This document shows, piece by piece, positions 25,885 through 40,675 of a DNA stretch of 64,000 nt (positions are counted from its first letter, which is position 1; every line of letters starts with the position of its first letter). Origin of the DNA: Eledone cirrhosa (Eukaryota). Made by a program: the position numbers and the translations under genes. The stretch spans positions 238,266,001 to 238,330,000 of the forward strand of contig OZ024743.1 in the NCBI GenBank assembly GCA_964016885.1, in the 5' to 3' direction. Below the pieces are notes generated by a model, which was not told where the DNA came from, did no database searches, and saw only the letters and a program-made list of their open reading frames with translations.

Positions 25885-27868
25885 ATGTCTACTTCACCTC
25901 TGCACGAAGCAGCTGAAAGCCTTCCTCACAAAATAACACCTCACACCGACACCACCATTGTAAATGTTACTACGTTTGCCAACACAAAAAAAAATATAAG
26001 CAGTAGCAATATTTTAAATTTGTCTCAGGCAGACATTCATTTCCCGCCATTACCAATGACTGCAGGTGTTAAAGCCTCCACCACCACCACCACCGCGACA
26101 GCCACCACCACGACCACCACCGCGACAACAGAAACAAAAGAAGAAAAAATAAATTAACTCGTGATGTCGAAATGAAATCAAGCAAAATGGACTCTTCCCC
26201 ACCAAAGACGACTGACGTCACCACCACAACTGAAACTAAAATTAATATTAACGATAGCAACAACAACAACAATGACATTATAACCCCCCCCCCCCTCAGT
26301 TTCGCCAGAGTAGCAAAACAATTCGAAGCATTTACCGTAACTCAAGAAGATTTAGAAAATGCCAAACAAATGGTAAAGAAAGATGGGTACAGGGTCAGCC
26401 TCACCCCCCACCTAATAAAATGGAGCATCGGCGCCTATGCACCGTGTCGTATAGAACAATAAATGTAAAATCGCGCCGAGTGGAACGGGCATCCGAGTCC
26501 CAAATCCAAAAAGCTTTGGGACATGTGTGGGCAAGAAAAACCCACATCAGACGTGGGCAAAAGTATGGAACCGTGGATGTGTTCTTTGAAACACCAGAGG
26601 AGGCTAGAGAACACTCCATGGCCCCATTAAAAAGTGACGACTTCACACTCGTCCCAAGCTATTGTGGCCAGAGACTCGTAAAGATCAGGGTGACCCACGT
26701 TCCACCGGCCATCGAAATTCCCTGGCTAATAGTGGCTGTCCTCGCCCGCATCGAGGCCAACACGAAAATAATAACAATAGCAAAAGAAAAGCAGGAAAAC
26801 TGGCCCGGATCTGGGATGGAGCTCCTGATCCAAGCGGACCAAAAAAGCATTGAGGAGATCCCAGAGGTAATAGACCTCACTGACGGCAGCCACCTCACGG
26901 TAATTGTCGAGGGCAGAAGACCTAGGTGTGTCGTTTGGGGTGAAGGAACCCACCTAAGGGCTTTCTGCCCTCAGGCTAAAAGGTTGAGGCCACCTCTCCT
27001 ACCCACCCCAGTGACACAACCATCAACACCACCAGTAGCAGAGATGCCAGCAACAACTGTAGCAGCAACAACAGAAGCAACTATAACAGCAACAACCCCA
27101 GCAACAGTAGCAAAACCAACACCACTACCACCACCAGCAAAACCAACACCACCACCACCCAACGCTTCAGAACTAGCACCAGCGCCTACACCATCCACCA
27201 CACCACAACCAAAACTAACGGCTGTGGAGGATTTTCCACTCCCCGGCCTATCACAACTGGAGACAGATTGTGACGACGAGGAGTGGGAAACGATATCCGG
27301 AAAAAAAAAAAGAAACCAAAAAAGAAAACATTCTCTTCCTTCCCCCTCCAAAAACAAAATACAGAGGGAAACAAATAAACTAAGAAACAAAAAAGTTAGG
27401 ACAGATATTCCACCATCCACACCAGCATCACCAACCCCATCAACCCAAACACCAACACCATCACCATCATTAACTCCAACACCACCATCACCTACACCAC
27501 AAAAGTCACCAAAATGCGAAACAGAAACAAACCCACAACAAACGCAAACAAAACAAAACAACCAAAACGATACACACTACACAGCATTAAATTTGAACAA
27601 CAAGCAATTATTGCACTACATCCAACACAACACCAGCATCACAGAAAAAGACTACACAACAACCCCAAAATTCACACCACCTCCACACATACAAATCACT
27701 CGCATCACACAGAAAACGTACATGACACTAAAACAAAAATTCCCCAAAGACATCGGAGACTTCCGACAAGCACTCTCCAGGAGGATTTATAAGGACATCC
27801 TTCCTGAGGAGGCCACAAGCAGTGAAAAGGATGGAAAAACCGTCCTTCCCCTACGAGAAGTAAGGTAA
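25885..27868 (+). pseudogene. LINE ORF1 (RRM-like region, zinc knuckle, Pro/Thr-rich), frameshifted
   Basis: ORFs at 25885, 26172 and 26420. The knuckle CVVWGEGTHLRAFC is intact as CFRC..H..C in copy 2. Confidence 0.8.
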
Positions 27869-27902
27869 GTGGTCTTTCCCATCTTTTCCACTCCTTTTCA
27901 AC

Positions 27903-30900
27903 ATGACCTCACTCAGAATAGGCAGCATAAATGCGCGTGGCTTGGGGTCGTCATGGAAACAGGGCCACCTGCTCAACGACCTCAGGTCACTAAACATAGA
28001 TGTAGTGGCCATCAGCGAGACCAGAATCTCCGAAGCACAGGCTTTCGCACCGATCTTCGGCGGCTACGATGTGTACGCATCTCCCAGCCGTCCGGGATCG
28101 GGGGGAGGAGTTGCTGTGCTTTTTCGGAGAGGTTTGGATCTTGCCATACGGGCCATCTTCCTGGACCCAGAAGGTAAGTTGGTGGTGCTGGACGTGACCA
28201 GCGGAGACGGCCAAGCTTTCAGGTTAGTGGCCGTCTATGCCCCGACAGGAGCAGGGCGGCCTGATTTCTTCCGGCGTCTGGAGACCTTTCTTGGAACGTC
28301 CCGCTCTTTAGTATTAGTGGGCGACTGGAACGGGATCTTAGATGCACGCTGGGATTGTGTGGGATTAGTGGATAGGGAAGGAGGGTGCAAGAGTCTCACC
28401 AACCTGCTCAGACGTTTTGAACTGTCTGACAGGTACCGAATGGATTTCCCGAATGTACCAATGTGGACTTGGACAAATCGCATAGGGTCATCCAGATCAT
28501 ATCTAGATAGAGTATTTTGTAGGGAAATAGATAGGTCTAGCATAGGCTGTCCACAATTCAAGATAGTCAGCTACACGGACCACAAATTCGTGATCTGTGT
28601 GCTTGACTTAGATAGGCTTCATAGACAAGGACCCGGCTTCTGGAAGCTAAACGCGTCCTTACCAGCGCGGAAGGCCTACAGAGACCGGATTAGCGAACTA
28701 GTTAAGCGGGCGTTGACGGGGGCCATCGTCAACAACAAGTGGTGGTTTGCTCTGAAAAGAGCAATTAGAATAGAGTCCATTAGGTTTAGTAAGACTTTAG
28801 CAATAGAGAAAAATAGAGCAGAGGGAGAATTAGTTAGAAAATTAGATGAGGCGCTTAGCAAAGGCATCGCGACCGACGTACTTGCGGCGAAATTAGCCCT
28901 TGACCAATTCTTCAATGCAAAGCACGAAGGCTGCGTTGTCAGAGCTAGGGTGCGTGCTCTCAGACACGAGGGGACGAAAGCCGTTCAATGGGCCCGAGTG
29001 GCGGAGGCGCGTCGTGGCAACAAAGCCACGATCTGGTCTTTGGTGGACCACGACGGGCGCATGCTACTCGATCCCGGGCAAATGTGTGAAGCTTTTCAGC
29101 GACACTTCGCTCAACTGTTCGGGGGCAGTGGCGGGCCGGATCGAGGGATGGACTTTAGTGTCTACCTCGACGGACTGCCGCGGCTTTCGGCCACTGAGGC
29201 GGAGTGTTGCGAAAAGCCGATAACAACCGCTGAAGTACGGGATGCAATGACTAGTTGCACAAGGGGTAAATCGCCTGGTTTGGATGGTCTGCCCTATGAA
29301 CTTTACGTACAAATGCCAAACTTGTTCGGAGGCCTCTTGGCGGACGTCTACTGCAACTGGCAACAGAACGGGAGAATTCCCAGCTCTGTGAGCCGAGGAG
29401 CGGTGGCGCTGCTGAGAAAGGATCCGAACAAGGTGGATAACATAGATAATTTTAGGCCCATAACTCTGCTAAACACAGAGTTCAAGATTTTGGCCAAGGT
29501 GCTAGCAAAGAGGTTGGCGCTTGTCGTTGGTGGTCTGGTGGGAGAGGCACAGACATGCGCCATTCCCGACAGATCCATCCACGACAACCTCCACCTCATG
29601 CGATACATCGTAGAGAGGGTAGCTAGGGAACCTGGCACGGGTGGGTCTTTGATCAATTTAGATCAGTCGAAAGCCTTCGATAGGGTCGACCATCGTTACC
29701 TAGCGGCAGTCCTGAGGGCGGCTGGCTTTGGGCCCGTCTTCAGAGGCTGGATCGCTGCCATGCACAGCGACATCTGCTCTGTAGTGAGAGTGAACGGTCA
29801 CCTTTCGGAACCGTTCAACATCATGCGCTCGGTCCGCCAAGGATGTCCCCTCTCGTCCCTCTTGTACGTATTGACTCTCGAGCCATTACTGCACAAACTG
29901 GAGACGTTGAGGGGGATCCCGCGCGAACCAGGATGCGGAAGATCCGTGTCAGCATATGCGGACGATGTCACCTTAGTGGTGTCGAACGCCAAACAATCGA
30001 GGCGATCGGCACTACACTAAGAGAATACGAAGCGGTGACAGAAGCAATGATCAACCAGGAAAAGTCAGTGGGCCTGCAGCTCGGCACCTGGAGAGGCAGG
30101 TCCATGCCGTCCAACAGCGTCGTCGGGCGCTGGACGGACGGACCGGTTAAATTGCTAGGGGTCTGGTTCGGTCCAGACCTCCAGACGGACAAAAACTGGG
30201 ACGAGGTGACGAGCAGGGTGGCTTCTCTCACCCAGAAATGGGCCGAGAGGAAGCTATCCCTGAAAGGTCGAGCGGAGGTGGCGAATGCGTACATCGCATC
30301 CGTCATCTACTACCGCCTGACCGTCGTACCTTGTCCTAAGCCCCGCCTGACTGCGCTGGAGCGTTTGCTCTTTCGCTTCTTGTGGAAGGGACGCGCTCCG
30401 ATGGCCAGGCGGTCTATCTGCTGTCAACACCCGCTACGTGGAGGGCTGGGCATGCCGTGGCTGATGATGCGCAGACACGCGCTCAGGCTACGACATCTCC
30501 ACCTCTTCCTCGACGGTGATCAGGTGTGGTCGCCGTTTGCAAGACACGTTTTTCCCCAGCTCGTCTCCTTGACGGAGCTGCAGTCCTGGGTCAAGCGAAG
30601 ACCGAGAGGGAGCGCTTGGAGACTGTAATGTCTTCAGGCGCTCACAGCCCTCGACCAATCGGGCAATGTGATCGGTGGAAACTCCACCTTGGCGTTCTAT
30701 AGGGGATTAGTGGAGGGGAAGAGCGACGACGTACTTGGAGAAACTCTAGGCGTCGACGAAAATCAACTAGCCAATCTCTTCGGAAGGACTTTCAGGCCGG
30801 GGCCTATGGACAACTTCCAGAAATCCCTGGCCTGGCAGTGCTACCGAGGAGCTTTGCCAGTTCGGGATAAACTCTACAGGCATGGAGGTGCCGTCAGCCG

Positions 30901-31321
30901 GGCATGTCCGAGATGCGCGCAGGGCGACGAAACCGTCCTGCACGCACTCGTCCAGTGTCCGAGCATTGCTGACTTGTGGGTTTATGTCGAACACCTGCTG
31001 TCACGTGTAGGACGGATCCAGCTATCAGCTGAGTCCATCGTGAGGATTGCCCCGCCCCCTTCCTTTAGCCTGGAAGGGCAGGCAGTTTTTATCTGTCTGG
31101 TGGCCATGGCGAAAGAGATAGTATGGTGGACACGTTTGAAAGGGCTGAAGACGAGCACTTACCTCTTCGGTGATGCCCTGATTAACTTTTTCAAATTTCA
31201 TTTGAAAAGGAAAATCAGGGTAGAGAGGGAAGTGCTCTCTTCCCAGCATTTTGTTGAAAGATGGGTGAGAGAAGCAATTTTGGCCCGAATGAATGGGCCT
31301 TCTCTGAGTATGTGTCTGTAA
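27903..31321 (+). pseudogene. LINE ORF2 APE endonuclease / reverse transcriptase
   Basis: SINARGL, ISET, VYAP, GDWN, YLDR, TDH; KSPGLDGL, DQSKAFD, RQGCPLS, YADD; CPRC..H...C. One frameshift near 29995 and a stop at 30626. Confidence 0.92.
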
Positions 31322-31563
31322 ATTAAAGGTGGAAAACTGGGAGAGGGCACTTGCCCTGGTGGTCAGGGCCACTGTGGTCTTTTAATGGGCTTTCTCCACA
31401 AATGTCCCTTGGAAGTCTCCCCCCTATTGGGGAATTTTTCTTTGTTATTTTATTTCAACCTCTGTTTTTTTACACGCAGAAATGCCCATTTGTACCGTCC
31501 TGTATTGTCCTGTACTGTCCTTAATGTCTACTTTATGTGAACCCTTGTGGTTAATAAAGAAAA

Positions 31564-31595
<32 letters not shown>

Positions 31596-31729
31596 CTTAC
31601 ATTAAACTATAATTACACTCCTTATTCCTTACATTAAACTGCAACTATGTTGACACTCTTTAAATAATGTCTTCCTTGTGAAACTTGTGGTCTTGTTTTT
31701 CTTAACTAATGAATATATATATATATATA

Positions 31730-31887
31730 CACACAACAAAGAAGGTTGTTAAGATAACAGGTGGACCATAACGTACCAGAGTACTCTATACTTAGGGTAG
31801 TAGAGTCAGGACCCCGACGGCTGAGCTCCGCCGTTGAATCTAGCTGTCCAAACGGAGCTCAGCCGTTGGGGTTCTGACTATTTTCCT
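31730..31887 (-). mobile_element. Family C fold-back, copy 3
   Basis: Shared tail and hairpin with a different junction; TA-flanked. Confidence 0.8.
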
Positions 31888-32009
31888 ATATATATATATA
31901 TACATTAGAAATATAAGCTATCGCCGTATTTTGACTAAAGAAATTAAAGAAATTATTTAGCCTGATAGTGGGGTTAAGAACCCTCGGAGAAATGGAAAAA
32001 GATGAGTAT

Positions 32010-32080
32010 TGACGTACATGGGAGTCGAACCCACATCTGCGGTTATCCAGACCACTGTGCTACCATTACACCAACACATG
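32010..32080 (-). tRNA. tRNA-like cloverleaf (Gln-like D arm, loop CTGGATA), probably element-borne
   Basis: (G)ATGTGT TG GTGT AATGGTA GCAC A GTGGT CTGGATA ACCGC AGAT GTGGG TTCGACT CCCAT GTACGTC A. A and B boxes present; TTTTT 9 nt downstream. Confidence 0.7.
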
Positions 32081-32109
32081 TTGATGTGTTGGTATAATGG
32101 TAGCACAGC

Positions 32110-32344
32110 AAATGTTAGAGATATTATGATTTAGAGATATCAATATATTAAAAATAAAGTAGATGAGCTTGTTATGGAGATTAATAGGAATATTATAAGT
32201 ATAATTATAAGTTATATACAGTTCTGAATGTTGAATTCTGGCGATGTCTACAAGAATTAAATAAATTCGTTCTGAGATTAATAGAGTTTATACAGTTAAT
32301 TATATAAAAAATTTCATCAATACACAATTTACAGAATCTAAATA
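32110..32344 (-). pseudogene. PLE GIY-YIG C-terminus + start of 3'UTR
   Basis: FCKLCIDEIFYIINCINSINLRTNLFNSCRHRQN..*. 32110-32157 matches the reverse complement of 15293-15340. Confidence 0.8.
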
Positions 32345-32488
32345 CCATGTGCGTCAATACTCATCTTTTTCCATTTCTCCGAGGGTTCTTAACCCACTAT
32401 CAGGCTAAATAATTTCTTTAGTCAAAATACGGCGATAGCTTATATTTCTAATTTCACACTCGCTCGCTGTTTCGAAAATATTCTTGCT

Positions 32489-32520
<32 letters not shown>

Positions 32521-32527
<7 letters not shown>

Positions 32528-32976
32528 GAATATAAAATGAAAGTGCTTTTATAAAGGAATTTATTAGGTATTGACATATGTTTCTGTAACAGACGGAATA
32601 CCTATGTATCGCTGCTTGCGTAATCATATAATGTTAACAAGTATTCGATAGCAAATGTATAAGTTGTCACTTCTTCAGAGATATTGGATAAATTGAATTT
32701 ATCCAATATCTCTGAAGAAGTGACAACTGATTATACATTTGCTATCGAATACTTGCTAACATTATATGATTACGCAAGCAGCGATACATAGGTATTCCGT
32801 CTGTTACAGAAACATATGTCAATACCTAATAAATTCCTTTATAAAAGCACTCTCATTTTATATTCATCTTTTCTACATTTTCACCGGAATATAATTTATA
32901 CTCGTTGAGCAAACCTACACGTACGCTGTTCATCTCTAACGTGGCGATATATTATCACTACATTATTGATAACTTG

Positions 32977-32981
<5 letters not shown>
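32521..32981 (+). mobile_element. Family D fold-back with HHR at 32705-32825
   Basis: ~173-bp arms, 3-nt loop and 109-nt tail. CTGAAGA agtgaca..tgttaca GAAA catatg TC. Confidence 0.85.
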
Positions 32982-33996
<1,015 letters not shown>

Positions 33997-34087
33997 TAAA
34001 GGAGGAAATAGGAAAAAGAAATGTAAAATGAAATGAAAACCAGAGATGAAGTTACATTGGAATCAATAATCCCTATATTTCTCCTCG

Positions 34088-34477
34088 ATTCTGTGCTGAA
34101 TGTTCGTCTTAAGAGAGAAGCTGAGCTTTCAACTGATCACCATCTAGTTATCTGCAACTTGAAACTACTTGAAGCCAAAGAAGCCCACAAAATTGGCAGG
34201 TCCAGGGCAACCTACAGGATAAAGTGGGAAGTCAGGACTCGGTATACTATTGCATCCAAATTCAGATAACTCCTTGGGCAAACTGAGGACGTTGAGAAAG
34301 AATGGAGGTTGTTCAGTTCAGTAACCTCAGTTTCAGCTGTTAAATGTTGCGGGTAAAAGAGGCTTGGTGTGGCGCCGGATGGCAAGAGGACCCGTTGGTT
34401 CAACCAAGAAGTCACAGATGCCATCCGAGCAATGAAGGAGGCTTACAAAGCTTGACTCGGAAATAAATCCTCCCGCA
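34088..34477 (+). pseudogene. RTE (Expander/REX3-like) APE-region fragment
   Basis: VRLKREAELSTDHHLVICNL..RIKWE..DVEKEW.LF..CG.K..RTRWFNQEV.DAI. Confidence 0.75.
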
Positions 34478-34554
<77 letters not shown>

Positions 34555-34571
34555 GTGACTTTATATATATG

Positions 34572-34752
34572 TTTAATATAGAAATGGCTTTTACAGGGCT
34601 AGAACTGTTTCGTTCAAAAGAAATCATCATTCTTTCGAATGAAACAGTTTTAGTCCTGTAGAAGTCATTTCTATATTAAAATTGTTGTTTACACTCTACT
34701 AATGTATTGAGTACCTTACTTATTGTGGTTACCCCGTTTGAAGCTGGGACTC
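34572..34752 (+). mobile_element. Short fold-back (family E) with HHR 3' half and tail
   Basis: ~51-bp arms around atcatca. GAAA cagttttag TC; tail ACTCtactaatgtattGAGTACC. Confidence 0.65.
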
Positions 34753-34865
34753 ACACACACATACAGACACACACGCACGCACACACTCACATACACATAT
34801 TTATATATATAAATATTAGCATATACTTATGCATACTTACATACAGTCACAGATACTAATGAAAA

Positions 34866-35145
34866 TGGAGGCGCGTGGCTAAATGTTATGGACGTGCGAT
34901 CATAATGTGCGTTCGATTCTTGGACTAGGTTGTGTTATTTTCTTGAACAAAACACTTCATTTCGCGTTGCTCCAGTACACTAACCTGAAAATATGTACCA
35001 GCAATAGTTGGGGGTTTAACCCTGCGAGGGACAGGTGTCCTGTCCTGAGAGGAGTCATGTACTATCAGTCGCTTCACGCCTCAGAAACTGTAATAAACAT
35101 AGGCGTAATATGTCTCTGGGCTCGAAACAAAATAAACTTTTTAGA
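34866..35145 (+). mobile_element. Degenerate tRNA-derived SINE
   Basis: ggcgcgtggct head, gttcgattc B-box, ttgaacaaaacactt and ccctgcga..gtcgcttca body. Related head at 62824. Confidence 0.6.
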
Positions 35146-35929
35146 ATGATACAAGGAAGATAATAATTAAATCAAAGAATAAGGTTATAAAGAGTTATGT
35201 CCCTTCCATTATGAACTGTTCGATTTATGACAGTTTTCGAATATATTTTCAAATGTGCCCCCAAATTGCTTCATATTTTGGAAAATGATAATTATTTCGA
35301 AGTATATTTTTTAAGATTTACCAAAAGTCGTAGTTTCCATATGTTAACTCTTTCATTAATGAAACAACCGCGACAATTTTCAATTAATTTTTAAAATAAT
35401 CAACAATTTGGAAGAATTTAATAAAACAACTTCTCCGTTAATAAGCTGTTGTTTGGAACATAAGAAATTATTGTATAAAATTAAATATAAACACTTTAAC
35501 ATTTTTGTTACCATATTTTAAAAGAAAAATATTACCTATCATTTTGAAATAAGTTTGAAAATAATCAAAATTTCGAAAGATTTATTTATACTGTATTACT
35601 AACTTTCTCATTAAGTTGGTGTTTGGTACATAACCTAATGTTTCTTACATAAAATTTTGATGGGAGTTATTAATTTGAACAAAAACACTTTTAAACAAAC
35701 AATTTTGTATTGTAGATTCAGGGGAGGTTTCAGGTTCTTATATGAAATTATGATAGAAAGTTTTTAGACAAAAATAAGCACACTAACAAACATTTTTGCA
35801 CCATATAACAAAGGCTGATTTCCGGTGGTTCGGTGTCAAAACGGATAATCTACTTTTCAGGGTGTTTCTGAAGTTAGTAAGTGATTGTATCGCGTTTGTT
35901 ATTGTTGTGCTTGTTTAAACTGAGGTGCT

Positions 35930-36487
35930 TGTTTAAACCTTGTCTTTATTTGGACTCAAGTTAAACCGTGTGACATTTTAGATCCAAGTTAGACCCTGCG
36001 GTTGTTTAGACCCAAGGAGGAGCTTGTGTTTAGTTACACCCAAGTTAGACCATAGGGTTAAGGCCCAAGTTACACCCTGTGACTGTTTAGACTCAAATAA
36101 GACCATGTGGTTGTTTAGACCTAAGTTAAACCATGTGGTTGTGGTTGTTTAGACTCAAATTAGACTCTGTGTTTGTTTAGACCCAAGGTAGAGCCTGTGT
36201 TTAGTCAGACTCAAGTAGGACCGCAGGGTTATTTAGACCCAAGTTAGACCTTGCGGATGTTTTGAATCAAGTTAGACCTTGTGGTTGTTTAGACTCAAGT
36301 TTGACCGTGTGACTGTTTAGACCCAAGTTAGACCTTGTGACTATCTAGACCCAAGTTAGACCCAAGTTAAACCACATGGTTGTTTAGACTCAAGTTAGAC
36401 CTTGTGACTACCTAGACCTAAGTTAGAACACGTGGTTATTTAGATACAAGTTAGACGTTTTGGGTTTTTAGATCCAAGTGAGATCCA
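35930..36487. repeat. ~28-30-bp minisatellite (gtttagacccaagttagaccttgtggtt)
   Basis: Many degenerate tandem units visible. Confidence 0.9.
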
Positions 36488-36600
36488 CTCGAGTAAAGCT
36501 ATACCTAAATGTTTTCCAGCCGTGAACGTTTTTTGAATATAATTGGCAATAGATATTCGAAAGAAGATTAAAATATTTCACCGGATTCACTGGATATATT

Positions 36601-36818
36601 GGGTTAGAACTGGGGTTAGGGTCGGGGTTCAGGTAGAGGTTAGGTTTGGAGTTAGGGTTGTGGTTATGATTGGGGTTGGGGTTGAGGTTAGGTTGGGGTT
36701 TGGGTGGGGTTATGGCTAGGGTTAGGGTTGGGGTCAGGGCTGAGGTTAAGTTGGGGTTAGGGTAGAGGTTAGGCTTAGAGTTAGGGCTGGGGTTAGGGCC
36801 GGGGATTAGGCCTGGGTT
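36601..36818 (+). repeat. Degenerate interstitial (TTAGGG)n-like tract
   Basis: Hexamer periodicity with gggtta, ggggtt and agggtt variants. Confidence 0.85.
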
Positions 36819-37619
36819 AATTATGCCCTAGTCGGTTCATGCACACGTGCGTGTTCACACGTGTGTGTAAACAGAGCATTCGAAATGAGTCAGATGAGAT
36901 GCTTTCATTTACTTCATTCGAGATCTATTGTCAATTATTCTAGCGTTTTATTTTTTATTTTCGGAAAAAGAAGTTGGGTGAGATTTGAAGGAGATTTGGC
37001 TGCTATTTCTAGCAGGTGGAACAACTTCTTAGAGGCTCCATCATAATTCGCATTGTTTGTTATTGTTACCTCATGGAAATCTCAGAGAGATTCAACGTGT
37101 GAGATGGCCGGCCCTATAAGTCACAGCTGCAGTTCATCGGACGGGCTTCCAAATAGTTTCCCCATTACCCAATTTCACTCACAAGGCTTGCGTTCATCAG
37201 ATTCTATGGTAAATGTCACTTGTCCAACATGCCACACCGTGGGATCAAGCGCAGGATCTAAATATTTCAAAGTGAACTCCTTAATCACTATAGTACCTCC
37301 ACCTTCATTTCATAACAGTAAACTGGTGATTGTGTCTCATTCAAAAATATGAGGAGAAAAATAAAATAAAAGAAGCATTAAGCAACGAAAGAGGGGGAGA
37401 AGGAGAGGGACAGTCACTCTTTTCCCGAGTCTGAGCGGTGCCTCAGCCACGCCCCGTGGACAAAGCGGCAAAAGCGATACCACGGAGACACCCGCTGCAA
37501 CAGTAACTCCATCTCACGGTGCTCCCGCCTCATGCGAGCCGCCGTCTTTCGGACTTTACAGAGGAAATCAGCAGTATAGGACCAAGGACACCAAAGGTCT
37601 AGACGGAGACCGGGGCAAA

Positions 37620-38230
37620 GAGGAAGCGGTTGATCAGGCTCCGTATTGTGGGCAGCGGAGCTCGGGATGGTGGCCGAAACGACAAAGTTGGAGGAGAAGA
37701 ACGAGTCAATGAACGACGCGTCCCAAATTAGTAATTTGCCCCTCTCGAAAGGGAAAACAGTTACTCCACCGGGACGCTTGCCATCACTGAAGTCGAGCCC
37801 AACTAGCTCCAGTTGTGAAGGAAAACCGGCTGTGTCAAGGCTCCTTATGATGATGTCGTTCAGAGCAGTGTGACGGAGCCAGCCTGCACTAAGGCGCCAT
37901 CAGTGAGGTTCGCACACACGGAGGCAGAGGGGCTGTGCCCCTCCAATGTGGGTGCACTCCTCATCAAGAAGGGTACCGGTTGATGAGGAAGGCACCGAAT
38001 GGAGCCAAGTGCCACTGCTTGGTTGGGAGAGAGAGTGTAAGCAGGCGTGACAGTGCTGGTTTGAGGAAGACTTGATCCGCCTGAAAGCGGATTTGCACTC
38101 GCCGTCGTCCCAGTTGCGTAGGACAGCGGTACACTGGAGGACGGCAAGTCCTTCGTCGATCCAATTAGCCAGAGCTGAATCCAGTACCCGCGCCCCGCTG
38201 GGTTCTGTCGTTTTATGGTGGATGGTTGTT
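37620..38230 (-). pseudogene. CRE-clade RLE region
   Basis: RHTALNDIIIRSLDTAGFPSQLELVGLDFSDGKRPGGVTVFPFERGKLLIWDA. Confidence 0.8.
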
Positions 38231-38545
38231 TTTAACAGTGATACGTTTGGTCAGACCTCCCCCACACCCCCCCTTACTTCCATCCCACCTTCTTACTGCA
38301 AAATAGCTCTGTGTTTCGATCAATTCTCAGCAAGTTCGGTCGAAATGAACGTCTTTTTTAGTTGATGCAGTTCTAATGTGTTGTATTCTTCGGTAAGTTT
38401 GGTAGTGCGTCAGTCTGACGTGGCAGTGGGTCAGTGTTTGACCTCACCATTCTACTTGAGCTGGGCTGAGAGAGAATGAGAAAGATAGATAGAGAAGCTG
38501 CATTCATAAAATAGAGGTTATCTGATTGTATATGTGTGTTTTCTT

Positions 38546-38620
<75 letters not shown>

Positions 38621-38865
38621 TCATATATATATATATGTATATATATATAAAAATATATATACTCATATATATATATGTATATATATATATACAGTTATAC
38701 TTATATATTTATGCACATATATACATACATGTACACACACACACATACATATATATGTATATATTCATTAACATATATATACAGTTATATGTATATATAT
38801 AATATACACATATACACACACAGACATATATATGTATTCATTAACATATATACATGCGTATGTAA

Positions 38866-38904
<39 letters not shown>

Positions 38905-38907
<3 letters not shown>

Positions 38908-39053
38908 AAGGAAATGTGTTAAGGAACCAGGTGGACCATAACGCAACAAAGTACTCAATACTTAGGGTAGTAGAATGGGTAATAGGAACCAGTAAGACCC
39001 CGAATTAGCCGTCGAAACGGCTTGAGCTCAGCCGTCGGGGTCTTACTGGTTCC

Positions 39054-39054
<1 letters not shown>
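38905..39054 (-). mobile_element. Family C fold-back, copy 4
   Basis: Right arm reads GAAA cggct tgagctc agccg TC ggggtc (HHR stem III and cleavage triplet). Confidence 0.8.
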
Positions 39055-39089
<35 letters not shown>

Positions 39090-39169
39090 ATCAAGCGTTA
39101 AACAAATATTTTTCTTCACTGTACTATGTTATTTGGTTTGTTGTTTCCGTTTACTTTTTGCATAAATAG

Positions 39170-39225
39170 TTTTTTGAAAAGGCTTGCCGAATATAAGCCG
39201 AAACCGCTTCGCGTCGCGGTCTCGA
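39170..39225 (+). ncRNA. Degenerate hammerhead
   Basis: TTGAAAA ggctt..aagcc GAAA ccgc..gcgg TC. Stems intact, CUGANGA box mutated. Confidence 0.55.
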
Positions 39226-39293
39226 TTTTACCATCTTCTATATATGCTATATGTATATATGTATATAATTATATATATATATGTGTATTTGTT

Positions 39294-39338
<45 letters not shown>

Positions 39339-39384
39339 GCATATATACATTCATATATATATATATACTTGTTCATATTTTGCC

Positions 39385-39444
<60 letters not shown>

Positions 39445-39779
39445 TATATTATATATATATATATTTATATAGGCAAAATGCGAAGAAGCAGAAGAAGAAG
39501 AAGAAGAAGAAGAAGAAGAAGAAGAAGAAGAAGAAGAAGAAGAAGAAGAAGAAGAAGAAGACAAAATAACGGTAGGACCTTTATTGTTGATCTTTGAAGA
39601 AAGATGGAGAATACACAGAGTGTCCTTGTAGAAAAACCATCATAAGGTGAATATCATGAATGGAGCAAATGATTAACTAGAATGGCCTGCCTGCTCTCCA
39701 ATACCACTTTTCAATGTCTTTGGTTCATACAACCATTTCCTTCCGCCATACCACGATCTTATCTGATCAAACCATTCAC

Positions 39780-40675
<896 letters not shown>

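Larger units (their letters stand above)
25676..31564 (+). mobile_element. Near full-length Tx1/L1-clade LINE, copy 1
   Basis: ORF1 + ORF2 (APE-RT-CCHC), 3'UTR ending AATAAAgaaaac, and (TTA)n on both sides. Confidence 0.9.
31904..32491 (+). mobile_element. tRNA-headed fold-back element with central PLE fragment
   Basis: Short minus arm including a full tRNA-like head, 28 nt of re-copied tRNA 5' end, a PLE EN piece, then a plus arm with tail. (TA)n on both sides. Confidence 0.8.

Noticed and set aside
26971-27561. Antisense Gly/Val-rich ORFs over LINE ORF1 (also 49817-50461)
   Set aside because: These are shadow frames of Pro/Thr-rich, A/C-biased ORF1 sequence.
32010-32080. Functional host tRNA-Ser(GGA) gene
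   Set aside because: It has a short variable loop, a Gln-like D arm, many G-U pairs and U at position 37, and it is embedded in a repeated mobile structure.
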